This document shows positions 39,759 to 50,388 of a DNA stretch of 64,000 nucleotides, piece by piece (the first letter of the stretch is position 1; each line of letters begins with the position of its first letter). Origin of the DNA: an uncultured Synechococcaceae cyanobacterium. GTDB taxonomy: Bacteria > Cyanobacteriota > Cyanobacteriia > PCC-6307 > Cyanobiaceae. Made by a program: the position numbers and the translations under genes. The stretch is taken from assembly GCA_902536065.1 (NCBI GenBank), contig CACAVZ010000001.1, positions 69,518-133,517 of the forward strand, read 5' to 3'. Under the pieces are notes generated by a model, which ran no database searches, was not told where the DNA came from, and saw only the letters and a list, made by a program, of their open reading frames with translations.

Positions 39759-41163
39759 TTTTTATAGTATTTGTTTTATTAGATTTGCCAATCAAAGTAT
39801 CTATAATATCATTTGAATCATCAAGAACGTGAATTTTGGTATTCAATTGATTTTCTACTTCCTCAATATTTTTATCATCTAAAAATAAATCAGTATTAAT
39901 TTTTAGCATGATTGATGGTATGTAAATAGCATCTCCCAAATCTTTATTTTGAAGACCATAAATTAGATCTTCTCCAGTTAGAAGTCCAGTTACGACCTGC
40001 TCTTGTCCCCAATAAATGCTTGATAAACCATATAAATTTATTGTTACTCCATCAATTGAGTTTAATTTTTTGGCTATAGGAATTAGGGCTTCATAAACTA
40101 ATTTGCCAACAATCCAACTAACTTTTTTTGGTTTTTTTACTTTTTGGGGTAGGTTTTGAGTCTTCTCTCTTAATACTTCCAGAAAGTTTCTAATAGTCCC
40201 AACTCCATTTGATTCTTGTGGCATATTTTCGTAGGTTTCGTAACTAGGTAAATTTGTACCCGCAATTAAATACCATTCGTCTGCTAGCCAACAAAAACGA
40301 GTCCCAAGAGTAATTTGTAGAGATGCTTGAATTCTCTCTACTTGTTTAATAGTTTTTTTTGCATATTCTGAGCTGATTGATTTTAATCCATCATTTTCAG
40401 GTCTAAATTTTGTAAGTCCTACAGGAACTATTGCGACTGAAAGTACTGTTTGAGAGGTTTTTTTGTAGAATTCAGCAAGTTCCAAAATTGATTTCTCAAG
40501 AATATCCCCATCATTTATATCTGGACAAACAACGATTTGAGCATGTATTTGAATAGAGTTTTTTTCAAACCACGAAATTTGATCAAGTATCACTCCCGCT
40601 TTTGTATTTTTTAATAATTTTTCTCTCGTGGGGGGATCAGTAGCATGAACTGAAATAAAAAGTGGGGATAGTTTTTGCATAGCAATTCTTTCCCAGTCTT
40701 CTTTTTTTAAATTCGTGAGAGTTAAATAAGAGCCATATAGGAAACTTAATCTATAATCATCATCTTTTATATAAAGGCTTTTTCTTTTACCACTTGGCTG
40801 TTGATCAATAAAACAAAATGGACATCTATTATTGCATTGCTTGATTGAATCAAATAATGCATCTTTAAAATTTATACCTAAATTAACGTCTTGATCTTTT
40901 TCAATATTTATATTGTGAATCTCCTGATTTTTATCTAATACTGATATGTCTAAAATTTCTTCACTAATAAGAATCTGATAATCAATTAAATCTCTTGGTT
41001 TTTTCCCATTAATACTAATAATTGAATCACCTGATTCAAATCCTATTTCTTCAGCAATAGAATTAGCTTCAATACTTTCAATTACTGCAGGGTTTATTTT
41101 ATAAGTAATATTAGGAACCAAAAGATCAATGGGATCTTCCGTGTAATTAATTTCTTGCCACAC
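39751..41163 (-). CDS. PDZ-containing radical SAM protein (TIGR03279/DUF512 type)
   Basis: N-terminal PDZ (SIAEEIGFESGDSIISING), CNNRCPFC Fe-S motif, KDDDYRLSFLYG, VTGLLTGED. Confidence 0.9.
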   Translation of the reverse strand: MWQEINYTEDPIDLLVPNITYKINPAVIESIEANSIAEEIGFESGDSIISINGKKPRDLIDYQILISEEILDISVLDKNQEIHNINIEKDQDVNLGINFKDALFDSIKQCNNRCPFCFIDQQPSGKRKSLYIKDDDYRLSFLYGSYLTLTNLKKEDWERIAMQKLSPLFISVHATDPPTREKLLKNTKAGVILDQISWFEKNSIQIHAQIVVCPDINDGDILEKSILELAEFYKKTSQTVLSVAIVPVGLTKFRPENDGLKSISSEYAKKTIKQVERIQASLQITLGTRFCWLADEWYLIAGTNLPSYETYENMPQESNGVGTIRNFLEVLREKTQNLPQKVKKPKKVSWIVGKLVYEALIPIAKKLNSIDGVTINLYGLSSIYWGQEQVVTGLLTGEDLIYGLQNKDLGDAIYIPSIMLKINTDLFLDDKNIEEVENQLNTKIHVLDDSNDIIDTLIGKSNKTNTIKNA

Positions 41164-41341
41164 AATTTAAGGCCAAATTCTATTCTTCACCTTCATTTTA
41201 AACTTATATATGACTCAAAGTGTATTAAATACTTTTAAAAAACTAAATATAGGTGTGAAATTATGGGCCTTTTATTTATTAAAATATGTCATTCGCAGTT
41301 TTCTAAAACACGATTTAGATTAATTAAAATAACCTCTATCA

Positions 41342-42109
41342 TTGAAAGAATTAATTACAAAAAATTTAGAAGTAAAAGATAAATTCAACTATGAATCCCA
41401 TAAAACAGTTGATTCATACGAAAATAGTTTTTTATCAAATCCTATATCTTTAAGATTGTGGTCTTCTTTTTTTGTAATTTTACCTATTTTTGTTCAAGCC
41501 CCTTGGGTTAGATTAGAACCAATAAGTGCTCTTTGTTTTACTTTTGTTATTGTCTTAGGGGCAATTGTTTTGAATCAGAAAGCATCAAATAAGTGGTTTA
41601 TTGTCAGTTCATTATTATTTGGTATATCAGGTAGTTGGCTTGGTGGATGTTTGTTCTGGGGATGGTTAAGCCCATTCCCTATCTTACACATACCTGTTGA
41701 AGCTGTAGTTCTCCCATTAGCTTTAATTGGATTTGGTACTAATTGGAAAATAGGTTCAAGTTTTTATATCTCTTCTTTATTTGGAACCGCAGTTACCGAC
41801 ATTACAATATTTTTAATCGGAATCATGGATCAATGGAGGCAGGTAATTACAGCAGATTCTGAAACTGCACCCCAAATCCTTCAAAAAACCTCAGAGAATC
41901 TTATTCAAATAAAATCAATATCTATTATCATTTTTGTTGCTCTTATACTTTGGTTTATTTCAAAAGAAATTTTAGATTCTGGCACAAATAATACTACTAG
42001 TGGTAAAGCACTCTTAGTTTCTGGTTACGTAATTCAAACGACATTAATTGTTGATGGTATTTTTATTGTTTTAGCAATTCTGCAACCAACTTTTAGTGGC
42101 TTGGTTTAA
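41342..42109 (+). CDS. DUF3120 family membrane protein
   Basis: PIFVQAPWVR, FWGWL, LHIPVEA, SSLFGTAVTD motifs. Confidence 0.82.
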   Translation: MKELITKNLEVKDKFNYESHKTVDSYENSFLSNPISLRLWSSFFVILPIFVQAPWVRLEPISALCFTFVIVLGAIVLNQKASNKWFIVSSLLFGISGSWLGGCLFWGWLSPFPILHIPVEAVVLPLALIGFGTNWKIGSSFYISSLFGTAVTDITIFLIGIMDQWRQVITADSETAPQILQKTSENLIQIKSISIIIFVALILWFISKEILDSGTNNTTSGKALLVSGYVIQTTLIVDGIFIVLAILQPTFSGLV

Positions 42110-43776
42110 TGTTAAGGCCTCCATTTTCGCAAGAACCGATACCAATAAATAATTGGGATGTAATCGTTATAGGCGCTGGAGCTGCTGGCCTTATGACTTG
42201 TCTTGAATTACCCTCAAATTTAAAAGTTCTTCTTTTAAATAGAAATACTAGTAAGGTATCTTCTAGTAGATGGGCTCAAGGCGGAATTGCATCTGTAGTT
42301 AGACAAGATGATTCATTTGATCTTCATGCTGAGGATACTTTAAAAGCAGGTGATGGACTATGTGATTTTCAAGCTGTAGAAATGCTAGTTAAAGAAGCTC
42401 CAGGATGCGTAGCAAGGTTGCAGAATTTAGGGATGATTTTTGATCAAAGTTCTGATCAACTAGCTACTACCTTGGAAGCAGCCCATTCACGAAGAAGAGT
42501 CTTACATGTTAAAGATCGTACTGGAAGAGCATTAGTTGAAGTTCTAGAAGATCATATTGAGAATCAAAAAAATATTCTTCACTGCAGGGGTGTAAGAGTA
42601 ACTGAACTTCTCATTGAAAATAAAGAGTGTAGAGGAGTTCAGGTTCTTGATGGAGCAAATTTATATTGGATTAAATCTAGAGCTGTTGTTTTGGCTACAG
42701 GTGGGGGTGGGCACTTATTTACAAATACAACAAATCCTGCTCAATCCTCTGGTGAAGGGATTGCTCTTGCATGGAAAGCAGGAGCTGCTATCGAAGATTT
42801 AGAGTTCGTGCAATTTCATCCAACAGCTTTAAAATTTTATGGTGCACCTTGCTTCTTAATATCTGAGGCACTTAGAGGGGAAGGAGCGATTTTAGTTGAT
42901 AAAAACGGTGAAAGTCCAGTTAAAAATCTTGAAAATCGTGATCTAGCCACTAGAGATCAGGTAAGTAGAGCAATTATGAAAAATATGCATGATAACAGCG
43001 TAGATCATGTTGGCTTAGATCTCAGGTATATTGACCCAGAAAAAATTGTAGAGCGCTTTCCTACGATCCTAAGTCGATGTCAAGAATATGGCGTTAACCC
43101 TTTAAATGAGGTTATTCCAGTAGCTCCTGCAGCACATTATTGGATGGGAGGTGTTAAAACTGATTTAAATGCATCTTCTACAAGAAAAGGATTATATGCC
43201 GTTGGAGAAGTTGCTTCTACAGGTGTGCATGGTGCTAATAGACTTGCAAGTAATTCACTGATGGAGTGTCTTGTTTTCGCAAGAAAAATGTCTTCAATTG
43301 TTTTGAATGACTTTTCTAAAGTTGAAAAATTTGATAGATCATTTCAAGAGTTTGATATTGAAGATCCTAAAGAAGATCAAATTTCTATAATTGCTGAAAA
43401 AATTGATGAACTAAGAAAACTATGTTGGTTAAATTTAGGTGTATCTCGAAATAAGGTAAATATGAGTAAATTTTTAAATTATATTCAAAATGATATAGAT
43501 CAATTAAATAAAAATGATTTACTAAATAGTCTTGAAAAAATAAAATTTGATCAAAAAATAAAACTTAGTGAACGCAATAGAAGATCATTAAATCTTTTAC
43601 TTGATTTAAAGAATAGACAAATAACAACTATAATTTTATTAAAAGCTTGTCTATTTAGAGAGGAAAGTAGAGGAGGGCATTATAGATATGATTTCCCTGA
43701 TAAAGATAAAAATTGGGAATGCCATACTAGACAACAGTTAGATCAAAAAATTCAAAAAAGATTTGTTAAAAATTAA
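42109..43776 (+). CDS. nadB: L-aspartate oxidase
   Basis: GAGAAGL, WAQGGIA, EAAHSRRRVLH, QFHPT, HGANRLASNSL, REESRGGH. Confidence 0.97.
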   Translation: MLRPPFSQEPIPINNWDVIVIGAGAAGLMTCLELPSNLKVLLLNRNTSKVSSSRWAQGGIASVVRQDDSFDLHAEDTLKAGDGLCDFQAVEMLVKEAPGCVARLQNLGMIFDQSSDQLATTLEAAHSRRRVLHVKDRTGRALVEVLEDHIENQKNILHCRGVRVTELLIENKECRGVQVLDGANLYWIKSRAVVLATGGGGHLFTNTTNPAQSSGEGIALAWKAGAAIEDLEFVQFHPTALKFYGAPCFLISEALRGEGAILVDKNGESPVKNLENRDLATRDQVSRAIMKNMHDNSVDHVGLDLRYIDPEKIVERFPTILSRCQEYGVNPLNEVIPVAPAAHYWMGGVKTDLNASSTRKGLYAVGEVASTGVHGANRLASNSLMECLVFARKMSSIVLNDFSKVEKFDRSFQEFDIEDPKEDQISIIAEKIDELRKLCWLNLGVSRNKVNMSKFLNYIQNDIDQLNKNDLLNSLEKIKFDQKIKLSERNRRSLNLLLDLKNRQITTIILLKACLFREESRGGHYRYDFPDKDKNWECHTRQQLDQKIQKRFVKN

Positions 43777-44701
43777 GATCTCCCTGATAGTTGGTTTTTG
43801 TTGCTAGTTCATTTAAGTCACGCGTACCACTAATAATTTCTCCTTTTATTTCCCATGAAGGAAATCCACTGATTCCTTTCGTTTGGCATAGCTCATACTC
43901 ATTATCTTTACCATTTTTAGCACACTCAACTACTTTTAATTCTTTAACTGCTTCCTTTCCAAATAATTGTTTCTGATCATGGCAATGCGGGCACCAGTAT
44001 GCACTATACATAACAATGTTGTTTTCACTTAAAAATTTTGCAAAATTCACCTTCTGGGGAGAGCTTGAAGTGGTAATTATTGGTGATACATTTTCAGTTG
44101 GTTTTGCAACATCAATAGCATTAGAGGGGTCAACGTTTGTTGACCAAATTAGGCCTCCTAGCAGGACACTAATGGCTACAACGAAACCTCTAAAAATCAT
44201 AGGTTCTCTACTTTCGAATTTTGCTCCTATCATAGAAATTATAAAGATAGAAAACGATAAAATTGCCGAAAGTATGCAAAAAAAGCAATATGCTTGAATC
44301 TTAAAAAACATTATATTTATCAATAAAAAGCTAAATGTTGATGACGCACAAGAAATTAGAAATACTAACCACCATAAAAATTTATTTAGTTTTTCTTTTG
44401 GAGAAAATAAATTAAGCGAGAGTATGATTGTGATAATTAATATTGATAAATATGTTATGAATCCAGCTAATGAGAGAGGTATATTAACTTGATTATTTTC
44501 AAATAAAGTACCCCAAGGACTATTTAAAACTGTTTCACAACCATTTTGTATCCCTGGGCATGAAAGCGAAGTAAATAAACCCCAGTTTTTTAAAGTAATC
44601 GAACCTGTATCAACTATGCCTATAGTACTAAGAATTGCGATTATGATTTTTGGCCATTTCAAATCTTTTTTATTTCTTCTGTTTAAAGTCTTAAGGGCCA
44701 T
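43766..44701 (-). CDS. Vitamin K epoxide reductase (VKOR)-thioredoxin fusion (SynDsbAB type)
   Basis: C-x6-CETVLNSPWG loop, YCFFC membrane CxxC, WCPHC thioredoxin domain. Confidence 0.94.
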   Translation of the reverse strand: MALKTLNRRNKKDLKWPKIIIAILSTIGIVDTGSITLKNWGLFTSLSCPGIQNGCETVLNSPWGTLFENNQVNIPLSLAGFITYLSILIITIILSLNLFSPKEKLNKFLWWLVFLISCASSTFSFLLINIMFFKIQAYCFFCILSAILSFSIFIISMIGAKFESREPMIFRGFVVAISVLLGGLIWSTNVDPSNAIDVAKPTENVSPIITTSSSPQKVNFAKFLSENNIVMYSAYWCPHCHDQKQLFGKEAVKELKVVECAKNGKDNEYELCQTKGISGFPSWEIKGEIISGTRDLNELATKTNYQGDLNF

Positions 44702-44806
44702 TAATAAAGAAAGTTTGTTATTTACATTATCTATCCTAATATTATCTTGGCATGAGAGTTATAAACGAAATGCTTTTTAAATCTTTCAATTCTTATTTTT
44801 CAAGTT

Positions 44807-46171
44807 GTGAAACAAAATATTCTCAATGTAAAAGAAAAAAAACTATCGAAGATTGCATTCAGTCATGTTGGTTGTGAGAAAAATCTTGTTGACACTGAAC
44901 ATATGCAAGGCTTATTAGATAAAGAGGGTTATGAAGTTGATGGCAATATAAATGATGCAAATGTTGTTGTTGTAAATACTTGCAGTTTTATTGAAACAGC
45001 TCGAGAAGAATCTATTAGAAAAATTCTAGAATATACAAATAAAGGAAAGGAAGTAATAGTTGCAGGCTGTATGGCACAGCATTTTAAAGATGAGCTTATA
45101 AAAGAAATCCCTGAAATAAAAGGTTTGATTGGAACAGGAGATTATCAAAAGATAGCCAATGTTTTAGACAGAGTAGAAAAAGGAGAAATCGTTAAGGAAG
45201 TTTCAAAAATACCTGAATTTATTGCAGATGAGGAAATGCCTCGTTTTGTAGATAAAAATAAATTTGTTGCTTATCTTCGCATTGCTGAAGGCTGCAACTA
45301 CAATTGCGCTTTTTGTATTATTCCTAAGTTGAGAGGTCCTCAAAGAAGTAGAACAATAGAATCTATAGTGTCAGAAGCCAAAAGTCTTGCAAAAAAGGGT
45401 ATTAAAGAAATCATATTAATCAGTCAAATAACCACTAATTATGGTCAAGATATTTATGGAAAACCATCATTAGCCAAACTTTTGAATGAGCTTTCTAAAG
45501 TTCCAATTCCTTGGATAAGGATACATTATGCTTATCCAACAGGTTTAACTGATGAAGTGATTAGAGCTTTCAAAGATTCAAAGAATATAGTTCCTTACTT
45601 TGATTTGCCACTTCAGCATAGTCATCCAGATGTGTTGAAGAGTATGAATAGACCTTGGCAAGCTTCTTTGAATGAATCAATTTTGGAGAATATTAGAGAA
45701 GAAATTCCATCTGCTGTACTAAGAACTAGTCTCATTGTTGGTTTCCCAGGAGAAAAAAAAGAACATTTTGAACATCTTCTCGAATTTTTGGATAGGCACA
45801 AATTTGATCATGTGGGAGTGTTTATCTTTTCTCCTGAGGAAGGAACTGCAGCTTTTCATTTGCCAAATAAAGTATCTCCAGAGGTTGCAGAGGCAAGAAA
45901 AGATAACGTTATTTCAGTTCAACAAAATATCTCTAAAGATAAGAATCAGACATATGTTGGTTCAAAAATGAAGATTTTGGTAGAAAAAATATCAGAAAAT
46001 AACGAATTAATAGGTCGGTCCTACAATTTCGCTCCTGAAATTGACGGAAATGTAATTTTATCTATTAGTCCTAAGAATGATTTGAAAAATTATATTGGTA
46101 AATTTGTTGAAGCAAATATTTCCTTTGCGGATGAATATGATTTGTATGGAGAGATTATTAAAATTTTTTAG
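44807..46171 (+). CDS. rimO: Ribosomal protein S12 methylthiotransferase
   Basis: [41 protein letters not shown]. Confidence 0.95.
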   Translation: MKQNILNVKEKKLSKIAFSHVGCEKNLVDTEHMQGLLDKEGYEVDGNINDANVVVVNTCSFIETAREESIRKILEYTNKGKEVIVAGCMAQHFKDELIKEIPEIKGLIGTGDYQKIANVLDRVEKGEIVKEVSKIPEFIADEEMPRFVDKNKFVAYLRIAEGCNYNCAFCIIPKLRGPQRSRTIESIVSEAKSLAKKGIKEIILISQITTNYGQDIYGKPSLAKLLNELSKVPIPWIRIHYAYPTGLTDEVIRAFKDSKNIVPYFDLPLQHSHPDVLKSMNRPWQASLNESILENIREEIPSAVLRTSLIVGFPGEKKEHFEHLLEFLDRHKFDHVGVFIFSPEEGTAAFHLPNKVSPEVAEARKDNVISVQQNISKDKNQTYVGSKMKILVEKISENNELIGRSYNFAPEIDGNVILSISPKNDLKNYIGKFVEANISFADEYDLYGEIIKIF

Positions 46172-46176
46172 TTTTT

Positions 46177-46269
46177 TTAAATTAATTTAACTGCTCTTAA
46201 GAGCTTATCTAATGCAAAAGCAGCTCCAAAACCAAAACCAATAAATGCAAAATAGAAAATGATGTTCAT
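46177..46269 (-). CDS. petL: Cytochrome b6f subunit PetL, 30 aa (not in ORF track)
   Basis: Hand translation: MNIIFYFAFIGFGFGAAFALDKLLRAVKLI*; TM helix with the PetL-type LRAVKLI end. Confidence 0.82.
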   Translation of the reverse strand: MNIIFYFAFIGFGFGAAFALDKLLRAVKLI

Positions 46270-46333
46270 TAATTTTTTTATTTTTATTTAATTTAACATC
46301 AGATGAAAAGATTAGATTTTTTCGTTTAATTTC

Positions 46334-46720
46334 TTAATCTTGGATATAGGTTAATTTTTTGTATAAACATTCTTCAGCTTTTTGTAGTTCTCGGCCTAAA
46401 TATAGAGCATGGTCGAATCTGGTTATTAAGTCATTTCTTTCTTCAGTGATCAAAATTCCAATTTGTTTCGCACTAATTCCTTTAAAAACTTCATTACTAA
46501 CTCTTTTATTTTGAGAGTCGCATTTGATTGGTTCATTTGTTTCTGGGTCAAGTGCGTAGCCTTCCTCATCGATGTTATTTAAAAAGTGCTCTAAGATTAT
46601 TTTATTTTCTTTAAAATCTACTTTTATAATAAAATAACCATTTGGATCTAAGTCTATATATCGGTTGGATAGATTATTATCAATCTTTATTTTTTCATCT
46701 AAACTTTTACTAGAATCCAT
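46334..46720 (-). CDS. DUF4346 domain protein
   Basis: LDPNGYFII and DHALYLGRELQKAE..YIQD motifs. Confidence 0.85.
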   Translation of the reverse strand: MDSSKSLDEKIKIDNNLSNRYIDLDPNGYFIIKVDFKENKIILEHFLNNIDEEGYALDPETNEPIKCDSQNKRVSNEVFKGISAKQIGILITEERNDLITRFDHALYLGRELQKAEECLYKKLTYIQD

Positions 46721-46779
46721 CCTTAGAAGTTAATAAAACTGTATTACTAATATAATCTTTCGTAAAGCCAAATAATTAT

Positions 46780-47934
46780 TTATTTAAAGGGTATAGAATT
46801 ATTCTCAAATTCAATTTCCTTCTCGGTTTGTTTATTAAATTCATTAAGCCAAGGATAAATTATATTTTCCATATTTTTGTCAAACCACTTATGCAAGCTA
46901 ATGGTGCTTTTTGCAAAAAACCCTCTCCGCCTTTTATGTTTACCACCTGCTCCAGGATCAAAAAAATGGATACTATTTTTTATTGCCCATTCAATTGGCT
47001 GGTAGTAACATAATTCAAAATGTAAATTAGATATTTCTTCTTGACTTCCCCAATATCTACCCCATAAGTTTTTTTTATTTTTAACGCACATCGACATAGC
47101 AAAAATTTCATTTGAATCATTTTTTGATGCGCTAAAAAGTAAAAGATTTTTTTTATTATCAACAATTTTTTCGAAAAATGTAGATGTTAGATATTTACTT
47201 CCCCAAACTCCCCACCTCGAGCAATGCTGTTCATAAAAATTATGCATTTTTTTGAGGATTTCTTGGTTGATATCATTTTTATCATAAATTTCTATTTTAA
47301 TATCTTGTTTAGCAATTGATTTCCTCTCTTTTTTGATATTTTTTCTCTGATTAGAGTTAAATCTAGAAAGAAAATCATCAAACGTTTTTTCTCCATTACT
47401 TCTCCATTCACTGCTGGAATTTATCCATTCATAGTATCCCAATGATTTAAGATGATTACCCCAGCTTTCATCAATATATAAAAAATTACAACTTAAAATT
47501 TTGTTTGTAATCGCAAAGCTTTCGATATTTTTTATAAGTAAATTTGTAATTTCTTTTTTCTCTTTATTTTTTTTATAAAGAAATTGATATCCATTTACAG
47601 GACTATAAGGACTCATTCCAATTAATTTAGGGTAATAATTTAAATTCAGCTCTTGAGCCAATCGTGCAAATGATTGATCAAAAATGAATTCTCCATAGCT
47701 ATGGCTTTTTAAAAAAAGTGGAGCAATTCCTAATATTTCTTGATTTTTATAAGCAACAAAATATAGAGGCTGCCAACCAGTTTCTCTCGAAACACTTTTT
47801 GATGTTTCAAGGTTTTTAAGCCAAGTCCATTCATAAAATGGATTATTTAAGTCATCTGCTAATTCATTCCATATCTCCTTGGAGATTTCCTTAATTGACA
47901 ATTTGACTTCAACTTTATGTATTTTTTGGTTCAT
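46780..47934 (-). CDS. FemAB-like (DUF482) double-GNAT protein
   Basis: KSHSYGEFIFD, LWGRYWG, LHFELCYYQPIEWAI, GAGGKHKRRRGF. Confidence 0.9.
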   Translation of the reverse strand: MNQKIHKVEVKLSIKEISKEIWNELADDLNNPFYEWTWLKNLETSKSVSRETGWQPLYFVAYKNQEILGIAPLFLKSHSYGEFIFDQSFARLAQELNLNYYPKLIGMSPYSPVNGYQFLYKKNKEKKEITNLLIKNIESFAITNKILSCNFLYIDESWGNHLKSLGYYEWINSSSEWRSNGEKTFDDFLSRFNSNQRKNIKKERKSIAKQDIKIEIYDKNDINQEILKKMHNFYEQHCSRWGVWGSKYLTSTFFEKIVDNKKNLLLFSASKNDSNEIFAMSMCVKNKKNLWGRYWGSQEEISNLHFELCYYQPIEWAIKNSIHFFDPGAGGKHKRRRGFFAKSTISLHKWFDKNMENIIYPWLNEFNKQTEKEIEFENNSIPFK

Positions 47935-47951
47935 TTACTATTGAATCTATT

Positions 47952-48602
47952 TCAAATTTTTTGGTAATGAACATGAATTTCATTATTCATAAAGTTTTTA
48001 ATTGATTTTATTTCCCATAGTCTTTTGAGATTAAAAATCTCATTAGTTTCTTCTGGAGGGATCCATGTATATCTACCGCCAATAATTCGTGGAATTATTG
48101 TAATTTTTATATCTGTTATGAGATCTTCTTTTATAAATGAATTTATAAGTTGTGCACCTCCTAAAAGAGCTAGATTATTTATTCCTTGTTTTTTTAGTGA
48201 AATTAAAGTTTTTCCCCATGAATCTTCGAAAAAGATTTGTTTCTCGAAGTCATTATTTGATGCATTATCAACTTTACTTGAGCTTATTAGCCATCTTCTA
48301 ATTGGTTGACGAAAGTATTTCCAATTACTGTTAAATTTTTTGCTATTTGAAGCAACTATAGAAATTGGTTGTTTTTTTGATATTGTTACTTCGTCATTAC
48401 CATTGAGATTTTTAATTAGGTAAGTTGATTGATGAGCTATTAAAGTACCTAAACCAAAAATGGTGGCGTCCACTATTGATAAGTGTTGATTTAACATTTT
48501 TTTATCTTCTTCGCTTCCAAGATGCGATTCTCCACCTCCAGGAAATGCAATTCTCCCATCTAGACTAGATGCTATAACAATTATTACTCTTGGGATACTC
48601 AA
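47952..48602 (-). CDS. Stand-alone RibD C-terminal/DHFR-like reductase
   Basis: ASSLDGRIA, LLGGAQLINSF, PRIIGG motifs; no deaminase domain. Confidence 0.87.
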   Translation of the reverse strand: MSIPRVIIVIASSLDGRIAFPGGGESHLGSEEDKKMLNQHLSIVDATIFGLGTLIAHQSTYLIKNLNGNDEVTISKKQPISIVASNSKKFNSNWKYFRQPIRRWLISSSKVDNASNNDFEKQIFFEDSWGKTLISLKKQGINNLALLGGAQLINSFIKEDLITDIKITIIPRIIGGRYTWIPPEETNEIFNLKRLWEIKSIKNFMNNEIHVHYQKI

Positions 48603-49525
48603 GTTTGTGAGACTAAACTATTTTCAAATTTCAATTTCAATGAATTGGTTAGCTTTTGATCAACATAAATTTCTGCAGCATTATTTGGGCTCTCTTGGAG
48701 TCTTATTTTGTGTAATGTTGCACCAAGTTCATGTATTGGATTTTTAAGAATATCAGAAATATATAAAGCTATATTTTCAGCAGTTGGAACACAATTTTGG
48801 AAAAATTCGATATCTTTATTTAGAAAAGTATGATCTAGTTGTTCAACAACCAAATCATTAATTATCTCCTGGAGCGCAGATAAGTCGCAAACCATTCCCG
48901 TTCTTTTATCAATGTCTCCTTTTACAGTTATATCGACAAGATAGTTATGACCATGTCCATTAACTCTGGCACATTTCCCATAGATTTTTTTATTTTCATC
49001 AAAGGAAATCTCTTCTTTTGCAAGTCTATGAGCGGCTGCAAAATGAGTTTGTACTGTTAAAAATGCTTCCATGTTTTTTCCAAAATAATCTGCCCATAAA
49101 TTGGGGTTTTCATAAAGCCTTAGACTTGTAAGAGGTAAATCGTCCTTTAAACGACTCCAAATAACCTTTACTAATGCTTCAGTTGTGGGAAGTATACCCT
49201 CTTGATTATTAACATTAAATTCAGGCCAGACATCATTTAAAAAACGAAAATCTAATTGTCCAGTAACCTTATCTTTAATAGAGTGTTTTACATCAGAGAG
49301 ATTAAGTACCATTCCATCGGAGTCTAGTTCTCCACCCATTGAAACAATAAGTTCATAGTTATGACCATGACCTGGTGCAATACTGCACTTTCCAAAAAGA
49401 GATAAATTTTCTTCTGGGCTTTTTTCAGGCAGCCAATAACGGTGACTAGAACTAAAGCAGGCACGTCGAGTTATGACGCATTCACGTCCTTTTCCATGAG
49501 ATGGTTTGGATTGTGTAGAAGTCAT
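48599..49525 (-). CDS. Dual-domain 6-pyruvoyl-tetrahydropterin synthase family protein
   Basis: Two T-fold repeats, each with H-R..CX5HGHNY, GMV, LD..LN and PTxE motifs. Confidence 0.92.
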   Translation of the reverse strand: MTSTQSKPSHGKGRECVITRRACFSSSHRYWLPEKSPEENLSLFGKCSIAPGHGHNYELIVSMGGELDSDGMVLNLSDVKHSIKDKVTGQLDFRFLNDVWPEFNVNNQEGILPTTEALVKVIWSRLKDDLPLTSLRLYENPNLWADYFGKNMEAFLTVQTHFAAAHRLAKEEISFDENKKIYGKCARVNGHGHNYLVDITVKGDIDKRTGMVCDLSALQEIINDLVVEQLDHTFLNKDIEFFQNCVPTAENIALYISDILKNPIHELGATLHKIRLQESPNNAAEIYVDQKLTNSLKLKFENSLVSQT

Positions 49526-49575
49526 ACCTGTCTGCGATAATACTATCTTAAGGTTTTAAATACGCTTTTGTCTTT

Positions 49576-50133
49576 ATGGAACAATCCATTATCGAAAAAA
49601 CAGTTCATGCTATTAAGGGCAGAAGCATATTTTTAATAGGAATGATGGGTTCTGGTAAGTCACAAACTGGTTTAAAGCTGGCTGAATTATTGAAGTATAA
49701 ATACATTGATTTAGATTTATTAATAGAGAAGTTGGCAAAAAAATCTATCAATCAAATTTTTAAGGATGAAGGAGAAGATAATTTCCGCGAATTAGAAGCA
49801 AACTGCCTTAAAGAAACTATCAAAATTCCTTCATTAGTAATCTCAACTGGGGGAGGAATAGTTACCAAATCGGAAAACTGGGGAATCTTAAGGCAGGGAA
49901 TAATTGCTTGGATAGATCTCGACAAAGATATAGCAATTGAAAGATTGAAAAATGAAATTGAAAATAGGCCACTCCTTCAGGGAAAGAATCTAAATGATTT
50001 ATATATGAGCATTTTTCAATCTAGAGAAAATTTGTATTCTCAAGCAGATTTAAGAATTCAAGTAAAAAAGGAAAATATTGAAGAAGTCGCTATGAAAATA
50101 ATTAATGCAATTTATAAAGAAATAATTAGTTAA
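49576..50133 (+). CDS. aroK: Shikimate kinase
   Basis: GMMGSGKS, GEDNFRELE, STGGGIV, RPLL. Confidence 0.96.
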   Translation: MEQSIIEKTVHAIKGRSIFLIGMMGSGKSQTGLKLAELLKYKYIDLDLLIEKLAKKSINQIFKDEGEDNFRELEANCLKETIKIPSLVISTGGGIVTKSENWGILRQGIIAWIDLDKDIAIERLKNEIENRPLLQGKNLNDLYMSIFQSRENLYSQADLRIQVKKENIEEVAMKIINAIYKEIIS

Positions 50134-50387
50134 TCTGGCTCAATTCTTACTGCAAACCATTTGATAACGTATCCTAATTTTATTTCTAATTCATAAGTGC
50201 TTTCCAATAATTCTTCAAAAAATTCCTGATCAGGATCTTCTATATTTTGATATATTGTTTGTGTTTCTGTCTTACTAAGCCAATTCTTTAACCATAAAAT
50301 TGCTTCTTGCTTTGATACAATTTTTTCCTTTGAATCTGGCTCTAATAATACATAATGATCTGATGCTCTTATTAGTGGATTTGACAT
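50130..50387 (-). CDS. CRR7-like NDH-1 assembly protein
   Basis: DHYVLLEP start and WFAVRIE end typical of the CRR7 family. Confidence 0.8.
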   Translation of the reverse strand: MSNPLIRASDHYVLLEPDSKEKIVSKQEAILWLKNWLSKTETQTIYQNIEDPDQEFFEELLESTYELEIKLGYVIKWFAVRIEPD

Positions 50388-50388
50388 A

